Virus record (IMG/VR): IMGVR_UViG_3300039454_000092 | From: a virus | Reading direction: 5' to 3' (one strand) | Length of the DNA: 45,402 nucleotides | Shown: piece after piece, positions 33,772 to 40,206 of the stretch | Position numbering within the stretch: the first letter of the stretch is position 1 | How the letters are laid out: each line of letters opens with the position of its first letter | Translations under genes and position numbers: made by a program | Notes under the pieces: model-generated | What the model was told of the DNA's origin: nothing | The model's input: only the letters and a program-made list of their open reading frames with translations | The model's database searches: none

Positions 33772-33775
33772 GACG

Positions 33776-34135
33776 ATGATGGTCACCTACGCACTATCGA
33801 GTAGTCAAGCCAAGGCCGCCGACCGCGTAGGCGGTATCGACCTCATATTGCCGTGGCCCGACGATCTGCCGCACGGGCCGCCGATGCGCGTCGACGAGGA
33901 ACGCGACGCGACAGACGACGAGCGCGGTGCAGCGGAGGCCATGATCGGCCCATCAGCGCGCGCGCATGGAGTCTTGCCGGTGCGAACGTACGTCGCGTGC
34001 CTGCGACGACCATTTTCCTTGCCCCGTGGCAGCCAGATCGAGCCGCACCTTGTCGTGGTACTCATCGGCTATCGCTGGGTACACGCGACAGGCCAGCGCG
34101 GCCGACCCGTTCACAGACGCTGGTACCGCGCATGA
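33776..34135 (+). CDS. Hypothetical protein
   Basis: The 119-aa product starts 5 nt after the second 34-bp repeat. Its coding signal is moderate. Confidence 0.45.
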   Translation: MMVTYALSSSQAKAADRVGGIDLILPWPDDLPHGPPMRVDEERDATDDERGAAEAMIGPSARAHGVLPVRTYVACLRRPFSLPRGSQIEPHLVVVLIGYRWVHATGQRGRPVHRRWYRA

Positions 34136-34138
34136 TTT

Positions 34139-34171
34139 CGCTTGACCGATGAGGGCGAAATGCCCTATAGG
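34139..34171 (+). promoter_or_regulatory. Promoter-like module with an embedded palindrome (copy 2)
   Basis: CGC-TTGACC (34142-34147)-N18-TATAGG (34166-34171) is the match. The spacer contains AGGGC-gaaat-GCCCT. It is nearly identical in layout to 32695-32727. Confidence 0.5.
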
Positions 34172-34218
34172 AGAACCACCGAAGGCACCCCGCCACGGCA
34201 TCAATGGAGGCCAACAAC

Positions 34219-34578
34219 ATGACGACGATGGTTACCGAGGTATTCGAGGCGCTTCGCAGCGCCGGCGTTGACGAAGACAAGGCGATGCGCGCCGCTGCCG
34301 CGATGGCGTCGCGCGAACCGGAATTGCGCAGCGAGACTGCCGCCCTGGGAACATCCTTACGCAGCGAGATTGGCGCCCTGGACGCGACCTTGCACCGCGA
34401 GATTGCGACGGTGCGCAGCGAGATTGCCGCCCTGGGAACATCCTTGCGCAGCGAGATTGCGGCCGTGCGATCCGACTTGCGTCTCCTGAAGTGGCAGATC
34501 GGACTCGTCTTCGCGATCATCGGACCAACGCTGTTGCTACTGATCCGCGTCGCGGCCAAGACCGGAGCACTCGGCTAA
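34219..34578 (+). CDS. DUF1640-like coiled-coil protein with a C-terminal TM anchor
   Basis: GGAGG lies 8 nt upstream of ATG 34219. The heptad-like repeats are ETAALGTSLRSEI / GALDATLHREI / ATVRSEI / AALGTSLRSEI / AAVRSDL. These are followed by LRLLKWQIGLVFAIIGPTLLLLI, which fits the DUF1640 / CCDC90-like pattern. Confidence 0.7.
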   Translation: MTTMVTEVFEALRSAGVDEDKAMRAAAAMASREPELRSETAALGTSLRSEIGALDATLHREIATVRSEIAALGTSLRSEIAAVRSDLRLLKWQIGLVFAIIGPTLLLLIRVAAKTGALG

Positions 34579-34907
34579 TGACCACGACCTACACCGTTCT
34601 GGCACCTGATGGCCAAGTGCTCGGCCGCCACCTCGCACCAGAAACCGCGATGACCGCGATCCTGCTCTATGACGGTCGCGCGTTCGACATCCGCCAGGAC
34701 GAATGGCGTGGTCAAGTGATCTGGGAACTATGGACCGGCCGAGGCCACGACCTGAGCCGGACCATGATTTGCAGCCTCAAAGCCGACGGGGCCGCCGCGA
34801 CGCGCGATATCGCCGAGCAAGTGATCGTCGCCGACTGGCCCGGAGAGCCGGAGGCATTCGCAGATCAGCAGTACGACGAGATGCAGGCCGAGAGGGACGC
34901 GTCATGA
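34578..34907 (+). CDS. Hypothetical protein
   Basis: The 109-aa product has a TAATG overlap with the upstream stop. Confidence 0.55.
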   Translation: MTTTYTVLAPDGQVLGRHLAPETAMTAILLYDGRAFDIRQDEWRGQVIWELWTGRGHDLSRTMICSLKADGAAATRDIAEQVIVADWPGEPEAFADQQYDEMQAERDAS

Positions 34908-35131
34908 TCACGCAAGGCGATATCGACCGCTTCGTGGACCAGATCGATGCCCAGCAAGCCGCACTGGACATGATGGTCGAGGAAATCTGCCGCCATTCCG
35001 TGGATTGGCGCGCATCCTGGAAACAACTCTATTACCTGCAGGCGTTCAGCAGCCGCCTATCGTCCCTGATCGCGCTAATGGCCCAGGCCGGCTTCCTGGC
35101 CGAGCGGCAAACCGAATGGCCTGGCGCATGA
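34904..35131 (+). CDS. Hypothetical protein
   Basis: The 75-aa product has an ATGA overlap. Confidence 0.5.
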   Translation: MITQGDIDRFVDQIDAQQAALDMMVEEICRHSVDWRASWKQLYYLQAFSSRLSSLIALMAQAGFLAERQTEWPGA

Positions 35132-35331
35132 CCGCCGCGGAGATCCGCCAGCTCCGCGAGGAACTGGGCCTCAGCCAGGCTCACGCGGCGAAGATGCTTG
35201 GCGTTAACGACCGGACATGGCGACGGTGGGAACTGTCCGAGTCGGAGATGCCGGCGCCGGCGGTGCGCTTGCTCCTAGTGATGCACCTGCCCGCGGTACA
35301 GCGGGCCCTGGTCCAGATGACGGACCCATGA
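35128..35331 (+). CDS. XRE-type helix-turn-helix DNA-binding protein
   Basis: AEIRQLREELGLSQAHAAKMLGVNDRTWRRWE is a classic HTH_XRE pattern. The start is in an ATGA overlap, with ATG 35116 as the alternative. Confidence 0.7.
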   Translation: MTAAEIRQLREELGLSQAHAAKMLGVNDRTWRRWELSESEMPAPAVRLLLVMHLPAVQRALVQMTDP

Positions 35332-36043
35332 TCCGCCGCACTTGCGACGCGTGCCACCGGTCCCCGCCCGACGGGGGCCGGATTCCCCGGGCCGTCAGAG
35401 CCTCCGCAATTTCACGCAGTGAAACGGCCCCAGCCTTTTTTGCCGACTCGATGTAGGGCAGCACGTCGGCCGCGTGCTCACGCGACAGCCGAGTCCGCTC
35501 CCGCCGCGCTTCGGCCATCGACTCGGGCGACCCCGGCCGAAGCCGCGGATTGCCCATCTTGACCCCGCGCGCCTTGGCCGCCGCCATCGCCGCGATGGTC
35601 CGTTGGCTGATCAGCCCCGCCTCAAGCTCCGCGACCGCGGCGAACAACGTCAAGACGAACGCCCCGGCCGGGCCGGGCGGAAGCTGCGGCAGATCGCAGA
35701 AGACGATGCCACCCTCACCCGCGCCACGGACCACCGACAGGAGGAACGCGGTATCGCGCGCCAGGCGATCCAATTTGGCGATTATCAAAGTTGCGCGGCG
35801 GGCCCGACAGGCCGCGAGTGCCAGGGCGAGCTCGGGGCGATCCCGGCGCGTGCCCGACTCAACCTCCTGATACTCGCTGACCAGCCGGCCGCCGGCCGAC
35901 TCGATATACCGACCTATGGCCGTCCGCTGGGCATCGAGGCCCAGCCCGGAGCGGCCCTGCTTATCCGTACTGACCCGGACATAGGCCACGTACCCCGGCG
36001 CCACAGGGGCGCCAGGGCGCGGCGCGGCGCGCGCGCGAGGCAT
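35204..36043 (-). CDS. Small serine recombinase (resolvase/invertase family)
   Basis: YVAYVRVSTDKQ carries the catalytic Ser motif. The product also has LIIAKLDRLARD and the E-helix AELEAGLISQRTIAAMAAAK. The C-terminal segment GIRPPSGGDRWHASQVRRIM is HTH/recombinase-like. Only 279 aa are encoded. Confidence 0.85.
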   Translation of the reverse strand: MPRARAAPRPGAPVAPGYVAYVRVSTDKQGRSGLGLDAQRTAIGRYIESAGGRLVSEYQEVESGTRRDRPELALALAACRARRATLIIAKLDRLARDTAFLLSVVRGAGEGGIVFCDLPQLPPGPAGAFVLTLFAAVAELEAGLISQRTIAAMAAAKARGVKMGNPRLRPGSPESMAEARRERTRLSREHAADVLPYIESAKKAGAVSLREIAEALTARGIRPPSGGDRWHASQVRRIMGPSSGPGPAVPRAGASLGASAPPAPASPTRTVPTVAMSGR

Positions 36044-36105
36044 GCTAGAGCCGTAACAATTGGATGGGGACCCTTGTCATATTGACTTGTCGGAAGGATC
36101 ACGGC

Positions 36106-36217
36106 GGAACGCGTTGGAACGCATCACGGAGGGGTTACGCGTTCCATGTCACCGAGGCAGAAGCCTAGGACTTCTGCGGCTTTCAGGCTCATGGAACGCA
36201 TGGAACGCGTGGAACGC
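36106..36217. promoter_or_regulatory. Array of six GGAACGC heptamers upstream of the recombinase gene
   Basis: Direct copies lie at 36106, 36116, 36193, 36202 and 36211. An inverted copy, GCGTTCC, lies at 36139-36145. The hairpin-capable GCAGAAG-cctagga-CTTCTGC sits at 36157-36177, between the two groups. Confidence 0.7.
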
Positions 36218-36311
36218 GTGAGGGGCGACGGTAGAGTCCACTGCCCCGACGCCACGGCCCGCGGACACCGACCCCAGGATGACCCGGACCTACGGGTCCG
36301 AGTAACCGTTG

Positions 36312-36548
36312 TCAAGGTGAATCGGATGGATCCATCTCGGTGGCAATCCGTATCGGCCGCCACTCCCGAGGAAACAGCCCCTCGCGCGCCAGCGGTGCAC
36401 CCCACGAGCAAACCCAGCCGGCCGCACCGACCCAAAGCGCTTGGCCAACCCATGACGTCAGGCCGAACGGCCCACCCTGGCCCCGGACCTCACACAGGCT
36501 GCCGTTGCGCGGCGCCGAGCTGACGTGGCGCCAGCCGTCATCGTCCAT
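36312..36548 (-). CDS. Hypothetical protein (DUF551-like opening)
   Basis: AAGGAG lies upstream of ATG 36548. The N-terminus MDDDGWRHVSSAPRNGSLCEV resembles the W..i..aP.dG opening of small phage DUF551 proteins. Confidence 0.5.
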   Translation of the reverse strand: MDDDGWRHVSSAPRNGSLCEVRGQGGPFGLTSWVGQALWVGAAGWVCSWGAPLAREGLFPREWRPIRIATEMDPSDSP

Positions 36549-36574
36549 CCCCCAGCTCCTTGAGCCAGGACCCC

Positions 36575-36760
36575 TCACCGCCCATTCGCCAACGACTCGA
36601 GTTTTAGCATCGTGCGGACGAGCGCGTTCCAGCCGGTTCGCGTGCCGCCGGTCGCTTCGAGCCACTTCCCGAAATCGCCCGAAAGTGCCCCCGGCACGTG
36701 ATCCCGCAAGGCCGTCAGCACCGCGCGAGCCTCGCTCCGCTTGAGCTCGATCCAGGCCAT
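36575..36760 (-). CDS. Hypothetical protein
   Basis: The 61-aa product has a start that overlaps the upstream stop by 1 nt. Confidence 0.45.
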   Translation of the reverse strand: MAWIELKRSEARAVLTALRDHVPGALSGDFGKWLEATGGTRTGWNALVRTMLKLESLANGR

Positions 36761-37281
36761 CAGCGCCGCCGCCTATCGATCGAGGCATAGAGGCCGGCCA
36801 GGCACATCAGCAGCACCGTCATCCGCCCGGTCATCTCGATCCGGCCGGCCGCGCGGCCCGGTAGGAACGCGTCGGCCATCGCCGAGAAGGAGAGATCCCT
36901 CGCGAGGAAGGCGATCAGCCATCGCTCCATCGCCGGGCCCAGCACCTCGGCGATTTCGCCGCACCGCGTCACCGCCGCCGACCGCGCCAGCTCGCGCGCA
37001 TGCAGATCGGCCGCCGGTGCCGGTCCCGCCCGGTCCGCCTCGGGATCACGACCGCCGAGCACGCCGCACACGTAGTCGCGCAACCACCGTTCGGCCGCCG
37101 TCACCTCGGCATCACCGATCAGGCCGGCCTTGCGCAGGCAGGCCACACCGGAATTGACGGAGGTCGGCATTCGGGGATGCGGCGGGCGGTATTCGTCCTG
37201 CCCGTGGGTCCACCGTTGCGCTGGCGCGCGTTCGATTCTGGCCGCGGCAAGTGCCGCAGCGCGCTTCGCAACCGTGCTCAT
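36760..37281 (-). CDS. Hypothetical protein (possibly DUF6456-like)
   Basis: The product is 173 aa. The segment LRKAGLIGDAEVTAAERWLRDY resembles a motif I recall from alphaproteobacterial DUF6456 proteins. This has not been verified. Confidence 0.5.
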   Translation of the reverse strand: MSTVAKRAAALAAARIERAPAQRWTHGQDEYRPPHPRMPTSVNSGVACLRKAGLIGDAEVTAAERWLRDYVCGVLGGRDPEADRAGPAPAADLHARELARSAAVTRCGEIAEVLGPAMERWLIAFLARDLSFSAMADAFLPGRAAGRIEMTGRMTVLLMCLAGLYASIDRRRR

Positions 37282-37370
37282 TTTGGCGACTCTTTCGCGG
37301 CTATCCGGAGCACATTATCACGCCGCCTCACGAAATCGTGAGCGACCAGGAGGTGCCCGATGGCCGACCG

Positions 37371-37661
37371 TTAAGCCCGCAGCCTGGCCGTCACCACGCT
37401 GCGGCAGGGTATCCGCAGCGAGCGCGGATCGTCCCGCCGCCCCGCCGCGGTGCACGCCAGCCGGAACCCGCATGCCTGGCATTCCACCTGCCACAGGCCG
37501 AGGCCAGGGGCGGGGTACGGCAGCGCGGTATGGCAGGAGGTGGCGCCGAGCGAGACATCGAGGTCGACCCCCCGCGGATAGCTCGGGTTAGCCGGATGGC
37601 GCGCCGGATTGCGAGACCGCCAGACCCATGTCACCCGCAACCGCTCATTGTCATGGCTCAT
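37371..37661 (-). CDS. Hypothetical protein
   Basis: The 96-aa product has an ATGA overlap with the upstream gene. Confidence 0.4.
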   Translation of the reverse strand: MSHDNERLRVTWVWRSRNPARHPANPSYPRGVDLDVSLGATSCHTALPYPAPGLGLWQVECQACGFRLACTAAGRRDDPRSLRIPCRSVVTARLRA

Positions 37662-37927
37662 GCCGCCGCGCGCCCTTCGCGGCGCCGTTCGGCCTCGGCA
37701 CTCAGCACCGCCGCGAGCCGCAGCAGCCCCGCCCCTGGCCCGGACCGGCCGAGCATCACCAGATCCCCCGCCCCTTCGATGAGCGCGTCCGTCACGACCA
37801 GGAGCGCGTGCGTATCCGCCCCACCGGCCAGGAGCCGGGCGATCAGCCGCAGGGTCAGCAGGTCGACCTGGGGCGCTTCTTCGAGCAGCCGCGCCATCCA
37901 GCCTTCGGTTTCGTCCGTCACCTTCAT
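37658..37927 (-). CDS. Hypothetical protein
   Basis: The internal ATG at 37927 is preceded by AAGAGGGGG. The product is 89 aa. Confidence 0.45.
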   Translation of the reverse strand: MKVTDETEGWMARLLEEAPQVDLLTLRLIARLLAGGADTHALLVVTDALIEGAGDLVMLGRSGPGAGLLRLAAVLSAEAERRREGRAAA

Positions 37928-37982
37928 CCCCCTCTTTCCGGCCGCTGCGGAGGCCGCCTGGCCGCCCCAGCCTTGGCCGCCG

Positions 37983-39221
37983 CTACCCACTGGACTGGCG
38001 CACGGCCGCCTCAGACGCCCGCGCAGCCGCCGCCTCCGCCAGGAAGGTGCGGAACTCGGGGGGCCGATCGCCGCGGAAGCCGCGCGCCGCCCAGGCTTCC
38101 ATTGCCGCCAGCCATTCGAGGCCAAGCGCCCCGGCCTTCTTCAGGGTTTCGAACGTCGGAGGCACCGCCATGGAGGGGGCCCGGTCGCGCATCAGCACAC
38201 ACGCATGGACACGGGTTTTCAACGCGCGGTCATCGGCGCTTTCCGCCGGTTTCGCCGCGGTTTCGCCGCCCGGAATGGCGAGGGTCATCGATGTTTGCGC
38301 GCGCGCCACGCCGCGCACGCCTTCCCGGCAAAACTGCTGGAATTTGGCCGACCAGTTCGCGAATGGCTCGCCGCTGGCCCGGTAGACCTCGGTGAACGCC
38401 GCCGCGCACCGGTCCGCCAGCTCCCCCGGATAGCCGTATTTCGCCACCACCACCCGGTCCTGGGGGGACATATGCCAGTCGGCCGGCAGCGAGGATTTCG
38501 ACGCGATCTTTGAGTCAATTGCCCGACTCGGTACGTTGAAATCGCTCGATTTCCGCATACTTTCGTTGCGCGTTCGCATATCCGGAGCGGGATTTTCGTT
38601 GCGCGTTCGCATGCCCGCGGCGGGATTTTCGTTGCCCGTTGCCAGCGAGTCCGCTCTCCCCCCGGACCCCCCTCTCTCTCCTGGGCTCGACTCTGAGTCT
38701 GAGCATGAATCTGAGTCTGGGAGAGAGTGTGTGTCGCGCACGCGCGCGCGCGAGTCGATGCGCTGCGCATGCTCCACAGCATGCTCCACGGCATGCTCCG
38801 CATCACCCTCCGCATATGCGGAGGCATGCGTATCACGATGCGAATCACGCGTTTCGTGAGCGTCCGCGTCAGCCCGTTCGACCACGGTTGCCGCACCCCA
38901 TCGGACCGAGGCCGCATAGGCAGCGGACCGTTGTCGAGCGGTCAGGGGGACGTCAGGTTTTGAAAAGGCGGGCGTGGTCGGTGTCTCGACCACGGTGCCA
39001 ACCAAGCGCCCGTCGTGAACCAGGAACCGGTCAGAGAGCCGAGGCCAGACCTTTTCCTGAAAGAAGCGCGCACCGCACTCGGCCAGCTCATGGGCGAAGC
39101 GCAGAGAGACCGATCCCCATAGGTCGATGTGAGCGCGCAAGCGGACGAAGGCCATCGCGTATCGCGGGCTCAGCCCGCTTGAGCCGATCATGATTTCCGC
39201 CGTGCTGATATAGCCGTTCAT
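37983..39221 (-). CDS. Putative replication initiation / origin-binding protein
   Basis: The start at 39221 is in an ATGA overlap with AAAGGGGGAAG upstream. The 412-aa product has 33-bp tandem iterons in the middle of its gene. A C-terminal LPADWHMSPQDRVVVAKYGYPGELADRCAAAFTEVYRASGEPFANWSAKFQQFCR motif resembles replication-protein C-termini. The function is inferred. Confidence 0.45.
   Translation of the reverse strand: MNGYISTAEIMIGSSGLSPRYAMAFVRLRAHIDLWGSVSLRFAHELAECGARFFQEKVWPRLSDRFLVHDGRLVGTVVETPTTPAFSKPDVPLTARQRSAAYAASVRWGAATVVERADADAHETRDSHRDTHASAYAEGDAEHAVEHAVEHAQRIDSRARVRDTHSLPDSDSCSDSESSPGERGGSGGRADSLATGNENPAAGMRTRNENPAPDMRTRNESMRKSSDFNVPSRAIDSKIASKSSLPADWHMSPQDRVVVAKYGYPGELADRCAAAFTEVYRASGEPFANWSAKFQQFCREGVRGVARAQTSMTLAIPGGETAAKPAESADDRALKTRVHACVLMRDRAPSMAVPPTFETLKKAGALGLEWLAAMEAWAARGFRGDRPPEFRTFLAEAAAARASEAAVRQSSG
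38561..38654. repeat. Three 33-bp-period iterons inside the putative initiator gene
   Basis: TTTCGTTGCGCGTTCGCAT occurs at 38561 and 38594. A degenerate copy, TTTCGTTGCCCGTTGCCA, occurs at 38627. The repeats encode NENPAAGMRTR / NENPAPDMRTR / NESMRKSS on the minus strand. Confidence 0.75.
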
Positions 39222-39694
39222 CGGCTTCCCCCTTTGACCAGTAGTTCCCGTGGTTTGATGGCTCGTGCGTGGTGCACCGCGCACAACGGCTTGCCGGGCA
39301 GGCTTGGGGCGTCGCAGTAGAGCCAGGGCTTGCCCCGGCCCCCCTCGACCATCACCCAGCAGCACGGTTCGGATTTGCCCCGCGGCACCGGCTCGACCGC
39401 AGGCAGTGGCTTGGGCAGGCTTGGACGCTGGTCACGGGCCCGCGGCCATTGTTCGCCCATGACCCGAGCGACCGCCGCGCGCCGCAGACGTTCGCTGGCC
39501 CGCGCCGCTTGCGCCTCGGGACTGCGCTGGATGGGCGAGGGGCGCCCCGGCAAGCCGATCCGGTGCACCTTGGCGACCACAGCACCTCGCGAGACGCCGA
39601 TTTGCTGGGCGATCTCGCGGACCGATTTCCCCTCACCCCAGAGTTTTCGGAGCAGCGCGAGCGCGTGCTCGGTGGCCCATTCGGCGCCGCTCAT
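39218..39694 (-). CDS. gcrA: GcrA-like cell-cycle regulator
   Basis: The N-terminus WATEHALALLRKLWGEGKSVREIAQQIGVSRGAVVAKVHRIGLPGR and the C-terminus CCWVMVEGGRGKPWLYCDAPSLPGKPLCAVHHARA match the two conserved GcrA blocks. Confidence 0.85.
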   Translation of the reverse strand: MSGAEWATEHALALLRKLWGEGKSVREIAQQIGVSRGAVVAKVHRIGLPGRPSPIQRSPEAQAARASERLRRAAVARVMGEQWPRARDQRPSLPKPLPAVEPVPRGKSEPCCWVMVEGGRGKPWLYCDAPSLPGKPLCAVHHARAIKPRELLVKGGSR

Positions 39695-39882
39695 GACCGC
39701 CCTCCCCCAGGAGGCCCGCCCCAGTCGTCGCCGCTATTGCGACGGGCCCGCCGCGCGACCAGGTATCTGCGCACCGCTCCGGAGACCCGCCCGCCGATGC
39801 GATCGGGCAGGAGCGCGAGCGCGATGCAGATCGCGGCAACTGCCCCCAGACTCGCGACCGCAGCCATGCCGAAACGGGTCAT
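39691..39882 (-). CDS. Small membrane protein
   Basis: The 63-aa product has an ATGA overlap with the gcrA-like start. The TM segment is AAVASLGAVAAICIALALL, followed by a basic tail. Confidence 0.5.
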   Translation of the reverse strand: MTRFGMAAVASLGAVAAICIALALLPDRIGGRVSGAVRRYLVARRARRNSGDDWGGPPGGGRS

Positions 39883-39993
39883 GCAGGCCGCCCACGCGCG
39901 ACTCGCGCAAACGTCACGACCAGCACCCGGGGCGGGTCTGGACAGTTACGGGCGGCGCGGGCAGGATATGGATGTGTAACAGAGTACTCCTAA

Positions 39994-40023
39994 TCCCCTC
40001 GGGAACGTCAATTCCCGGGGGGA
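39994..40023. promoter_or_regulatory. 12-bp-arm imperfect palindrome overlapping a leftward -35-like TTGACG
   Basis: TCCCCTCGGGAA-cgtcaa-TTCCCGGGGGGA has one mismatch. It lies in a locally AT-richer intergenic region upstream of the 39882 operon. Confidence 0.45.
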
Positions 40024-40206
40024 ATCCTTGTTAGAGAGATACGGTACTAGGGTACGTAAGCGGTCCGGCGCGGGCAAAGGCCGAGAGAGGAAGGGCGAGG
40101 ATCAGCGATCGCCTATCGAGGCTGACAGGCCGTGACTCGTGTCGCGCGACAAATGGCCGCCGGGGCGGACCCGCAAACGCCAGCCCAGCGAGGGCCGGCC
40201 GACGGG

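Noticed and set aside
34062-34559. A 165-aa minus-strand ORF opposite the DUF1640-like gene
   Set aside because: Its internal repeats (AISLRKDVPRAA and similar) are simply the reverse complement of the heptad-coding repeats. The plus-strand product matches a known family pattern and has a GGAGG RBS.
36106-36122. GGAACGCGTTGGAACGC as an alphaproteobacterial LexA box (GAAC-N7-GAAC)
   Set aside because: The spacing between GAAC cores is 6 nt here and 5 nt in the triple repeat, not 7.
37251-38513. A long plus-strand ORF of 420 aa, with its companions at 37628-38395 and 38047-38385
   Set aside because: The translation is rich in Arg, Pro and Ala, which is typical of a shadow frame in GC-rich DNA. 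The opposite strand carries a chain of genes with RBSs and ATGA overlaps.
38555-38810. Tandem repeats in the initiator gene, and other arrays, as possible CRISPR arrays
   Set aside because: The units are contiguous or in-frame coding repeats without unique spacers of CRISPR size. No cas genes are present.
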